Assembly: GCF_902459465.1 (NCBI RefSeq)
Contig: NC_047080.1
Location: forward strand, 10,478,001-10,542,000
Reading direction: 5' to 3'
Length of the DNA stretch: 64,000 bases
Source of the DNA: Asterias rubens
Taxonomy: Eukaryota
The notes under the pieces are model-generated. The model did no database searches, was not told the origin of the DNA, and was given only the letters and a program-made list of their open reading frames with translations. Numbering within the stretch: the first letter of the stretch is position 1; the number at the start of each line of letters is the position of its first letter. Position numbers and translations under genes: made by a program. Positions 1-10,994 of the stretch are shown piece by piece.

Positions 1-114
1 TGGACCAATTGCTAAAAGCTCCGTTCAAGACACGGTAAACCATGATGCTTGTTACCATTAGATGATTAAAGATGAACTAACTCAAGAAAAGGGTGTGTCT
101 CGAGGATAGATGAC

Positions 115-501
115 TTAAAGACACTGAGACTTTTGGTAATTGTCAAAGACCAGTCTTCTCACTTTGTGTATCTCAACATATGCATAAAATAACAAACCTG
201 TGAAAATTTGAACTCAATTGGTCGTCGAAGTTGGGAGATAATAATGAAAGAAAAAACACCCCTGTCACACGAACTTGTGTGCTTTCAGATGCTTGATTTT
301 GAGACCTCAAAATCTAATTTTAAGGTCTTGAAATCAAATTCGTGGAAAATTACTTCTTTCTCGAAAACTACATTACTTCCAAGGGAGCCGTTTCTCACAA
401 CGTTTTAATGTATCAACCTCTCTCCCCATTACTCGTTACCAAGAAAGGTTTTATGCTAATAATTATTTTGAGTAACTATCAATAGTGTCAGCTGCCTTTA
501 A
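115..501 (+). mobile_element. Kolobok-like non-autonomous DNA transposon (MITE family K1)
   Basis: TTAA-AGACACTGAGAC ... GTGTCAGCTGCCT-TTAA; the ~370 bp body recurs more than 15 times in the window. Confidence 0.85.
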
Positions 502-1447
502 AAAGATTGAGGGATTGTGAATATTGGAAATATATTTTATGTATAGATGAGAAATTTACAATCATCACAACCTGTCTTAGGTACTATATACATAACGATT
601 ATTTGACATACAATGTTTTTTTTAAACTATGGTGCATTGTTGGCCCAAATTTCTGAAGGATTGCCAAAGTATGCTGAATGAACTTGGTCCTCGGAATTTT
701 TTCTACTGGGTGTTTATCTTTGGCTTTAAAAGCCCTATTGTACAAACTGGGGCAATGCAAACAGTCTTTAAATAAATTGTGTATTTTGTGAGTTTGATCT
801 GGAAGAGAAAAGGATAATAAATGTTGGTGCTCTCCCATCCAGTGACGTTGTATCTGTTGACTTGTAGTAAATTGAAAAAAGTATTGTATTAATTGGATTC
901 CAATTATTGTAGCTGTGCTGTACTATTTCCACCGTTGTTATTATAAACATGGTGTTGATGGGAAATAGTAAAAACCAGGAAATGTGACCCTTTAAGACCA
1001 AGTTGGTCTGTAGTGAAGGAAATATTTTCGAGATTTAGGATATTTTTGAAGATCCTTGTTTTACTTTTTACTTATCGCCTGCAATTTGCGAGAAGACATC
1101 AAACGTTTATTTTTTCAAAAAATTGTTTTTGTTACAATCCTTCTACAAATGCAAACGAAACAGACTTTGTGTCTAGAACAAACAAGCGAGGAAAACTGAA
1201 TTGAAACGAATGTTTACTGAGCTTATTAAAACATCAGCTGGCAAACTAGTATGTTTTTAGTATGAGGGGAAACAAAGAAGGAAATTGGGTCGCAGAACTT
1301 TTCAGCCTTTGCTGCATGACAAAGATTGAGGAAATTAAAATAGCTTTGAACACAAAAAGAAAACATGTGTAATTGAATCAGTGGCTTTTATGGAAAAAAG
1401 GTATCATATAAACTGTATAAAGGGCCATATATCTCCAAGGAAAAGTT

Positions 1448-1563
1448 TCCGTATGGCGCCACCACTTTTCATTCAAAATAAAATAATATAGTATCTAATT
1501 TACCTGATTGATATATCCCTTTTTGTAAAAATGAGTGAAAAAGTGGTGGCGCCATACGGAAAG
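1448..1563. mobile_element. Short palindromic MITE (TTTCCGTATGGCGCCACCAC family)
   Basis: ~28 bp TIRs; other copies near 27430-27556 (inverted) and 4400-4495 (degenerate). Confidence 0.7.
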
Positions 1564-1605
1564 TTATCCATCTCCAACTTTGGGACAATGATAAAAAGCA
1601 TGGTT

Positions 1606-1759
1606 ATAGACCCTTGCATTGACGTCATCCAGCCAGCATCTTTGAGGTCAAAAGGTGACGAAACAATCGAAACGCACATAGATTGGCCAATGAACAACCT
1701 CCTTTTGACCTCAAGGCGAGGGCGCCGTACTGAAATGACGTCATGTGCATAAGGTCTAT
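1606..1759. mobile_element. Palindromic MITE with ATAGACC/GGTCTAT termini
   Basis: TIRs each contain TGACGTCA; inner inverted repeat TTTGAGGTCAAAAGG / CCTTTTGACCTCAA. Confidence 0.65.
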
Positions 1760-2257
1760 TGTGCCCCGAAATACACCTGGTTCCAGAATCCAGTTGTCAA
1801 GTTTGTTCCACAACTTTTCTGTACGCCTATAAATCAATCAATGTTGAATTGAATGATGATGACATCCCCAACTCGTGAGTGAGCTGCGCCCTCCATCCCA
1901 AACAAAAGGAGAGGTTCTTCCGACCCTGTGAGACATGACATGCTGCGCGTCCATGGTTGTGTGTGTTGATGTCGTGCGTTGCGACAAGTTTTGTTTGTGC
2001 ATTCCTTTTTTAGAGAAAGCCCAAATTAAATGTAATTTTTGTAAATTTGCCAAACAATTAACAACCTGCTAGTGTAGAACCTTTCCAAATGACGCAATTA
2101 ATACAAATTCTTCTTGGATAATCAATAACAACAAAACAGGCAATGGTTTGGTAGTAAATTATATTACAGTACACAAATAGAGGGCGCCCTCCCTAGGCAT
2201 ACACGACACACCACAAACACAGGGTGTGTTTGCTGCAAGAAAACACTCATTACTTAC

Positions 2258-2342
2258 CGTCGGGATACTCAACAAAAGTAAGGGAAACCGGTCGCCATCG
2301 CACGTCCGTTTCGGCAGTGGGTTCTCTACCTCCCTCCTCCAT
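2258..2342 (-). CDS. DOLPP1: Dolichyldiphosphatase 1, coding exon 1 only (gene continues beyond the left edge)
   Basis: Minus strand ATG at 2342 reads MEEGGREPTAETDVRWRPVSLTFVEYPD-G|gtaagt (phase-1 donor). This matches the recalled human DOLPP1 N-terminus WRPVTLTHVEYPAG. Too short for the ORF track. No exon 2 found in 1-2257. Confidence 0.8.
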
Positions 2343-3342
2343 GGTCTTTCGGCAGCTGTAATCACTCAAATTTGTTCTTTTCTCAAGAAATTAAAACCCA
2401 TTCCTGAAATGAAGTTCGAGAATCTACTGTGTGTTTATACGCCGTTTCTGTGTGTCGTGGTGGTGTGCGCGTATGCAGTGCATAATGCGTGGCCGGAGTG
2501 AATGATTTTTGAACGTGTACTTGGTACAGAAGTCGAAGCCAAAATGATTGCACGCAATTCAAACAAACAGTAAATCTAGACACTTTAAAAGTGCAGTATA
2601 ACTTTATTTAGCTTAGGAAATTGTTTTGATTGCATGTGAACAAACAACAGTAAATCTTAGCTTTGAAATAAACATTTAAAAAACTTAATTCAAAAGCATA
2701 TATTTTTATTTAGGAAATTATAATTTAATTGAAAAAAGAAATCCTCTTGCTATTATGGGCCCTTGAATTTTTACACATTCTGTTTGACTTTTAATACAGT
2801 AAAGTCAAAACTAAACACGAGAAATTCTGAAAATCTGCTCCCGCTGCAACTGCTTCTGCATCATTTAGTCGAGTGGCCGGGAGTCTTCCATTAAAAAAGG
2901 GGGAAAATCTTGCCCTGTGATCTCCTTCATTGCAATCGAAGTGCAGACATAAATAATTAGATAATAGGTCCCCCCCCCCTTGACCCCACGCACCCCCAAA
3001 GTGTGTCATACCTCGGTTTACATCAAGTGTATGTTTAAATTGATTATCGTCGTTAACCATTTTCTCTTTCCTCAACGCGATCTTTCAGCAAGTGGGATGT
3101 TCTATTATATAGGGGGTGTTACATATATTTGTAGTCCATTAAAACAATAATTTATCATTAAACAATAACGTTAAAATATGCTTAAAATTTCTTTATTGTT
3201 ATATTTATTTGCTTGAAATTGTCCTTTTTACTGCAATATAATAAAATAATGAGCTCTTATATACAAAAGCATGTTTAAAAAATAATGAATATATTTTACC
3301 TACTCTGTACTCAAAATGCAAACTTCGAACCTCAAATCCAAG
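2343..3342. promoter_or_regulatory. Divergent promoter region between DOLPP1 and QTRT1
   Basis: Head-to-head ATGs 1.0 kb apart; CpG-richer near 2280-2560; YY1-like CAAGATGGCAGC overlaps the QTRT1 ATG. Confidence 0.55.
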
Positions 3343-6300
3343 ATGGCAGCCCCCATAAACAAAACACCACAAGCGCTTTCGCTGAAAGTTCTCGCTGAGT
3401 GTAGCACAACAAAAGCAAGAACATGCAAACTGAAACTTCCACATTACACAGTAGACACTCCAGTCTTTATGCCTGTTGGAACTCAGGGAACTATGAAGAG
3501 TTTAACGACGTCACAACTCGAAAATGTTGATGCTCAGTTGATACTTGGAAATACGTATCATCTTGGAATGCGGCCGGTTTGTTTGTTTGTTTACTTTGTT
3601 TGTTTACTTGTTTGTTGGAAGATCTTCCCGTGTAACCGAAACTCGGGGAACTCCCACAAGAGCAGGGGGTATTTTTTAAAAACACCAAGCTGCCATCCAA
3701 TTGCCAATCTCTATTATTTATGGTATAGAAACATTCGTTTAAAATAACGTCTACTCTATGATATGATTATGAACTGCGCAAATCAAGAAATTCAAACAAA
3801 TTGTGATTTTAATTTGAGTAATTATAATGACCTTTTCTAGACGGCAATAAATGCTAGTCATTCGTGAAACTAGTGGTTAGCTTTCCAATCAATCAATCAT
3901 TCGTGATTCGTTTCATTTTTATTAAAAATACCAAACAAGTCAAAATATTAATTAAGAAGAGTTTACAAAGTGTGTAAGTGATGTGAATGTAGCCTGGTAA
4001 TGGTAGGATTCGAACCCATGTTGTGATAACGTAACAGGAGGGTTACTTTATCGTAACTACATAACTTCATGCTTGCAAGTCCTGCAGTCTAACCACTGGA
4101 CCAAGGTGGACCAAGGTGCCCCCGCCCCCATTTCCCTGAGCCTGGCCCCCCCCCTTTTTTTTTTTTAAGACTATCTCTTTCCTGGGCTTCTTTACATTAT
4201 TTTGTTGGAGGATGGTGACACAATAATATTATGGCCCAACATTTCAAATCTAATTTAATTAGATCAATTGTTATCTATCATTCATTGTTATTGTTCAACA
4301 GGGTCCAGAACTTTTGGAAAAAGCTGGAGGTCTTCACAATTTTATGAACTGGAAAAGAGCATTGCTCACGGTATGTGCAATTCAAACAAAAGTTCTGTAT
4401 CCTGCCACCACTTTTTCATTCATTATGAAAGAAATTTAATCAAAAAAGATATTTCTTTTTGTGAAAATGAGTGAAAAAGTTGTGGCAGCTAGGATAAAAA
4501 AACTGACACTGTTTCGCCATATTTTTTTTAAAGTTTAGAATAATAACATTCTTCTTGACTTTTATTATCTTCCCTGAAATCTTCTTATAAAACTTCCATT
4601 TCTCTTTCTTCCCCCTTGTAGGACAGTGGAGGATTCCAGATGGTCTCGCTCGTCAAGCTGGCAGAGATTACCGAAGAAGGGGTCAAGTTTCAGTCTCCAT
4701 ACACAAAGGAAGAACTTTTGCTGACCCCTGAGAAGTCTGTTGAAATCCAGGCTAGCATCGGAGCTGATATCATCATGCAGCTCGATGATGTTGTCCACAG
4801 TTTGACCACAGGGCCCAGAGTCGAAGAGGCCATGTATAGGTAATGTCAAAGGTCAAAGGTTTTGATCATAACAGCTCAAGTCTTTTGACTTAAGTCTTAA
4901 TAAGCTTTAGGCAAGGTGGCTACAGCTACGGCTTGACTTCTGAGTTATCATGCATTAGGTATAGGTAGTCATAAAACACCTGCCAATTCGGATACGGCCT
5001 TACCTTAACTTTTTACTTGACTTGAGAGCAGAACCAGTCATCTTGTCATTTCACTGGTACACCAGCAGCTTTCTCCCTAAACAGAGGTCAACTGGCCAAA
5101 ACCCAGCCAAAAATCGCGAGCACCGCAGATACCGTGACAATTCTTTCCAAGTGTTCCTGCTTTCTAGAACACTTAAAAATAGGGATGCCTTTCAAAGCTG
5201 AACTCGCCAGTTGGACCACTTGGAGAGAATTTGGTCTTCGGGTATTTGAACTAGCAATTCGGCCAGCGGACGACTGTTGAGGGAGAATGATGACATTCAC
5301 ACCATTGTCTCCAAAATGGCAGTCTTACAACTAGAATCTTGGTACTTGATACTTGATGAAGTAATCCCTTTACAGCTGGTAAAAGCTAAACTGGGATGAT
5401 GTGCTGTGCGTGACGCTCCTGCACTGAAAGAACTGAAACATTGTATCCAAATGAAAACTTGAGTTTTTGTCGATTTCTTTGACAGGTCTATCCGCTGGTT
5501 AGATAGATGCATCTACTTGATGAAGTAATCCCTTTACAGCTGGTAAAAGCTAAACTGGGATGATGTGCTGTGCGTGACGCTCCTGCACTGCTGAAAGAAC
5601 TGAAACATTGTATCCAAATGAAAACTTGAGTTTTTGTCGATTTCTTTGACAGGTCTATCCGCTGGTTAGATAGATGCATCGCTGCTCAGAAACGCCCCCA
5701 TGAACAGAATCTCTTTGCAATCATCCAAGGAGGTTTAGACTCTAAGCTAAGAACCATCTGTGCCAAAGGTGAGGATGTTCATCATTTAGGGAGCATCTCA
5801 AAGGTCGGAATGTTAGGAACGTCCGATCGGATAAGGGATTCTCCTGTACTTACTAACAAAATGATGCAGTCTAGCGGAACGTTCTGTTAGTCCAATGGAT
5901 TGCAGGCCTGTATCAAGAGGAACGTTCTCAGCATGAATGACTTTTGAGATGCTGGCTCCCTTACTTTTAACAGAAAACAACAACAACAAAACAAATACCA
6001 ATTTTGAAGGATCTGAAATAAAACCTGAAGAAAATTACTTTTTTCTACTGCTGCCTAGCAGTTTTTTAGAAGTCTTCTCTGTTTGGGTTTTACAAGTATG
6101 AACGTTCAGTGCTTCACAAGTTTATGTCGTTTTGTACCTTTTTCATCATTGTAATTAAGCCACCAAGCTTCAAGTATGATTTTCGATTGCAGAAATGGTT
6201 AAGCGGGACACCCCTGGCTACGCCATCGGAGGGTTGAGTGGTGGAGAAGAGAAAGATCACTTCTGGAAGATGGTGACTTTGTCGACGGATATACTGCCGA

Positions 6301-8412
6301 GAGATAAACCTCGATACTGCATGGGAGTTGGGTAAGACATTCATAAGATACAATAAGACCTGACTTGATTGATCACGATCTTGGATGAAGTGGCTGAGGG
6401 CTCGAATTTAGCAGGGGGGGGGGATTTAACAAGACAACCCATGGGTCCCAGAGAGAAGCAATGCCAGCTATACCTTATAGCTGGCAGTATAAGAGTTTAT
6501 AGTATAAGAGGGATGAAGCATCCCATCTCTCTCCGGACAAACTGACAATATCACCATCTTATAAGCACAATATTGACAGCACAAGCACAGATCACAAATA
6601 GAATTTGCAACCCACCCTCTCCAGGACACTAGCAATACTTTTAAGAGAATAAAAAAAAATCAAGATTCAAAGGCTTGTTACTCAGTCAAAATGTTTGCTA
6701 ACCAGAATTCTTTTGACAATACCAGAATCAAAATAAGAAACAAAATATCCTGACAGAGTCTGTTTTTATTTGAACAAGTTTGAAGACATGCAAGAACAAA
6801 TTTATCTCACTTGTCTTATGAGTACTTAATTTTGTGCTATTTTTCTTTTTAGATATGCTGTTGATTTAGTTGTGTGCTGTGCATTAGGAGTGGATATGTA
6901 TGACTGTGTGTACCCCACAAGAACAGCTGTAAGTATTTCAGCTAGTTATAAAATAAAATTTACTAGAAATTCTGTGACTTTTGAAACATAACTTCTGGTT
7001 TCTCTTGAGGCTCTGACAATATCCTCAGAGGTGAAGATCACAAATCACAAAGTTTCATATATCCAGCAGATGAAACAAAATGGTTTCAAACAAAATTCAA
7101 CAGCAGTTATCAGTGCATAACTTTCAGGTGACATCGGGGGGTCAAAGCAAAATCTGACTACATCCATCGACAGGAGCAAAACCATTCACTAAATACAGTC
7201 CTATGTTGAATAAGGTGGAGTTAGTATAGATATATATTCAATCTATTTTGAAATAAAACGTCTCAAAATGAATAAAACAGGTTAAAAATTTTGACACATA
7301 GCAAAACAAATATAAGCCGTGTTCACTGTGTTAGCGTCCTCTATTATCTTGGTGTATGTAGTTCTTAGCAAAGAAGCCTCATAGTTCCTGACCTAAGCCA
7401 AGGCAAATAAACAACAACAGCAACAAGCTTGGAACAAAGTTCCTGGTTCACACATTCCCACTTTCTTTCTATCTCCCTTCCACCCCATCCTAGAGATTTG
7501 GTTCAGCCCTTGTAAGATCTGGTCAGCTCCAATTACAGAATAAGCAATATGCCAAAGACTTCCGACCAATTGATGAGAATTGTCGTTGTTCTACCTGCTT
7601 GAACTACACCAGAGCTTACCTCCACTCCATCGCTGGAAAAGAGACCGTGGCATGCCAGATCATCAGTGTACACAACATCAAATTCCAGGTGTGTAATAAC
7701 CAGAAGAATATTCATCTTTGCATGGTTGAATGGTATAGCCCCCTCTATAGTGAAGTGGGATTTCCTTATAATGGCGCTGATGTAAAATAGCTTGAATTTG
7801 GGAGAAATATTCAAAGACCACAGGGCTTGTAACTAAAAATGTTCACTGGATCAGAAATTTGCGTAGAAGACCAGAATCCAACTGAGACCAAAAATTAAGA
7901 GCAATAAGAAAGACATTCAGAGAGGATTTATCTCATCTGTCTTTATGGGTATTAAGTGAACATTACTCAACAAAATATAATGGTATCTATCAGACTCAAT
8001 GTCAACATTTGTTCATAATTTGTTTCTATTCAAGATTTTACAGTGTATTGTTGTTATTCAATTGAAAATTTACTGAATTCCAAAAAGTTTGTTTACAGTT
8101 CAACTGACATTATATACCAAATGTAATGTAAATTTAAAACTTCAAAGGTCTCTCTGTCCAGGTTGCCAATGTGTATTTTGAGATTGGGCCATCAAACCGT
8201 ATCTCCGGTGCAAAATCATCCAAATTAATGACATCCTCTTTCTGTCTTTCCTCCAGATGGATCTTATGAGAGATATACGACAAGCCATCTTAGATGATCG
8301 CTACCCAGACTTCATCAAAGACTTCATGAAAGTCGTTTATCCCGCTGGGGATTACCCTACATGGGCTGTAGACTCATTAGCATCGGTTAATGTAGCTCTA
8401 GACGCAAGCTGA
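3343..8412 (+). CDS. QTRT1: Queuine tRNA-ribosyltransferase catalytic subunit 1 (eukaryotic TGT), 8 exons, ~400 aa
   Basis: Exons 3343-3576, 4302-4370, 4622-4839, 5653-5768, 6193-6331, 6853-6928, 7494-7688, 8257-8412 total 1203 nt; all GT-AG, phases consistent. TGT motifs: [54 protein letters not shown], zinc site CRCSTC...HN. Confidence 0.97.
3992..4118 (-). mobile_element. tRNA-like SINE head with a hairpin insertion, in QTRT1 intron 1
   Basis: Minus strand TGGTCCAGTGGTTAG (A box), CTTGCAA loop, GGTTCGAATCC (B box); no convincing acceptor stem. Confidence 0.5.
5350..5680 (+). repeat. Tandem duplication (164 + 167 bp) spanning the QTRT1 exon 4 acceptor
   Basis: 5350-5513 and 5514-5680 are identical apart from a 3-nt indel. 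Confidence 0.95.
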
Positions 8413-8902
8413 CGGGACTTTGAAAAAGACTTTATGATAGTTGTATAAATCTTAAGAAACCTCCTTATCTGTTTTAAGTACATCTGAGTTTACTCCAAAA
8501 AAACGCTTCATTTGAGAGGACATACTTCATCAGAGATGTTAATGTAGCTGACCAGGCTCTAACAAAGACTTCACAATCCTATAAGCTAAAGTAGTAGTCC
8601 CCAGCCTATTTTCTATACCATCCGCCCGGGTAATAGTTAAAAAGCAGGACAGTTCTTTTCAGAACTGAGATGTCTCCTGAACCCCCGAACATCTACTCGG
8701 CAGTAGTAGAATTAAGCAAGACAGTTCTCTAAGAACAAACTCTGCCTAGCAAATAGATACACACAAGGTGTTACCGCAAACAAAATATATTGATACCTCA
8801 CCATGCAATGACTCAAATCCTTCATTATAGTTGTCGAAGTCCTGAGAAACCTCCTAGTCTGGTTAAAATACTTCTCGGAATCGAACTCCAAGCTCTATTT
8901 AG

Positions 8903-9032
8903 AGAGAAAACGCCTTCAGAGGTGTCATGGAAGTTTAATAACTAGTTAATAACTAGTTCTTATTTATAGAGAAAACGCCTTCAGAGGTGTCATGGAAGTT
9001 TAATAACTAGTTAATAACTAGTTCTTATTTAT
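8903..9032 (+). repeat. 65-bp tandem duplication in the QTRT1 3' region
   Basis: Two identical copies starting at 8903 and 8968. Confidence 0.9.
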
Positions 9033-10994
9033 AGCACATTTCACAAAGCCATAAAAATGCGCTTTACATTAGTGCCCTGGTCATTGGGACAATTACATTC
9101 CTTTAATTACTGTCAGATCCCTGAAATCCACTTTAATACCATATTTTTTCTTATTATCGCATGTAGAAAACAATACTTTTTTTAATGTTCGAATTTGTTC
9201 TGTCTTCGTCAGAAAAAGACATTATTGTCCAAATAAAATAAAGTATTTTTTATCTTAAAACAACCTGTTGACCATGAATTATTTTGTGTGTGTCTTTTTG
9301 AAATAAACATTTTACAACTTTGCAGAGTACAAACAAACACTTTTTTAAGAGCACAGAAATGTACCTTTTCCCTACCTGGTAATACAAAACATGTCTACCA
9401 AAATTATATTTAAATTTCCCAAAGTTTCACGCAAAACCCCTGCCAACATTACTTTACTTCCTTACAAAGTGCATTGCAGTATTACATTTTTGGTGAGAAA
9501 TTGGGCTCAATTTGGTCATGGCATTTGCAAGAGAATGATGATAGAAAAAAACACCCTCGTTGTATGACTTTTTGCGCTTCAGACGCTTACTAAAAGGGCA
9601 AGGACATTGTTCGTTACCAAATGAGTTTTTATGCTATTTATTTTTAGTGATTACCAATAGTCCTACAGTGTCCAGTGCTTTTAATTACTGAGATTAACTG
9701 GCAGTTGGATGGCTCAAATGAGATTTACACATGGTACATGCTACCGCAAACATAACCTGGATTATACCCTCACCATGTAAAGTTTAAAAATGTAACTTTA
9801 TTTGAGTTGCCTGTATCATAGAGTAAGGAATACAAGGCCTATGCATTTCCCCCTGCAGCAAGGTCACAGCTTTGTCCTTTTCTCTCGAAGTGTACGCAGC
9901 AAAGTCTACAGCCCTATTATATTGCGTAATCCATTTTTCCCATTCATACCAATTATCACCCGAGTGAGCACTGACATCAACAAAAGGGCCTATACTTAAA
10001 TCCACTAGGTCGATTCCTGAAGAGCCTTCGCTATGAATAGCAGCTACGCACTTAATAGAGAATAAAAATCATTAACCCGCTGAACGGTTACGGACAACAC
10101 ACTGCATGGCAACGTCTCACCACCGGTCAGACCCACAGACTTAATAACATTAAAACAATCGATATACGTCTTTACGTGCAAAAGCAAACGTTTACGAAGA
10201 TTGAGGAGTTCATCGAATAATGGTGCTATCTTCTATCGCCAAACCTGTGGAGTTGTTACCATTGTAAAACACGGACTGGAGCTTATGGGTGTTGCTGTTG
10301 CTACCATAGTTCATTGAGCTTCACAAGGTTGTTTTTTACTCAAGTTCCATGAAAATCGAAGTGGTGACTAGTAAGTGAAACATTTGTATAATGTATAGTG
10401 CCAATATGACGTTCACGTGTTGACATAAGACTTTCACATTCAACAAGTTTCCGTTCGCGATTTTGGTCATGCGACGGTAACGACACCATTTTGGAGAATA
10501 AGATCACACTTTTTACATCAGTTAACGGGATTAAGTTTTGAGGCTTTCTTGTTGCATAGTGCGGCTTGTTTATCCTTTCTTCCATTGAAGACAACTCGGA
10601 TCATCTTCGCCTGGACGCTTCACTGTGCCGTGTGGTGAATACAAGGTTCTACAATCGGATCATCCCTTTTGGGATTTAATGAGATATATCTCGCAAGTAA
10701 CAGACCCATCTGAAGCAAGTGTTGCGGCTAGACATCTTTATTATACATTGGTGATGAGGTTGTCTATAAACGTATAACTTCAAAGTTCGCCAACTTTAGT
10801 GAGAAAGGGATTAACAGTTTGCTGAAACTGCTCCAAACCATATTATTCAAGACTTTCTCCTGAAGTTTGAGAAAAGGTCAAGAACCTAAGATCGTATGTG
10901 AGCAAGGACTCTTACTTAGCTTAGTAGCAACGATTTCAAAGGAATGAGAAGATGACTATGTAAGACAAGGACAGCAATAGGATAAACAGTAATC

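Noticed and set aside
208-408. Recurrent 60-110 aa ORFs such as SNSWKITSFSKTT (also 17284, 18992, 53144, 53814, 57263)
   Set aside because: Chance ORFs inside K1 MITE copies; no transposase motifs, and frames are not conserved between copies.
768-1007. Candidate DOLPP1 exon 2 on the minus strand
   Set aside because: An acceptor-like site exists, but the in-phase translation lacks the expected hydrophobic LAxxSL...FxRELHT segment.
3316-3342. Upstream in-frame ATG for QTRT1
   Set aside because: ATG 3343 (AAGATGG, MAAP...) fits the homologue length and Kozak context better; 3316 is not excluded but is unsupported.
5085-5280. Possible alternative QTRT1 exon (acceptor at 5084, 64 open codons, then stop)
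   Set aside because: No TGT similarity, weak pyrimidine tract, no clear donor; cannot be supported without RNA data.
5353-5440. Box C/D snoRNA-like motifs (TTGATGA ... CTGA) in QTRT1 intron 3
   Set aside because: No terminal stem and no recognisable rRNA/snRNA guide complementarity.
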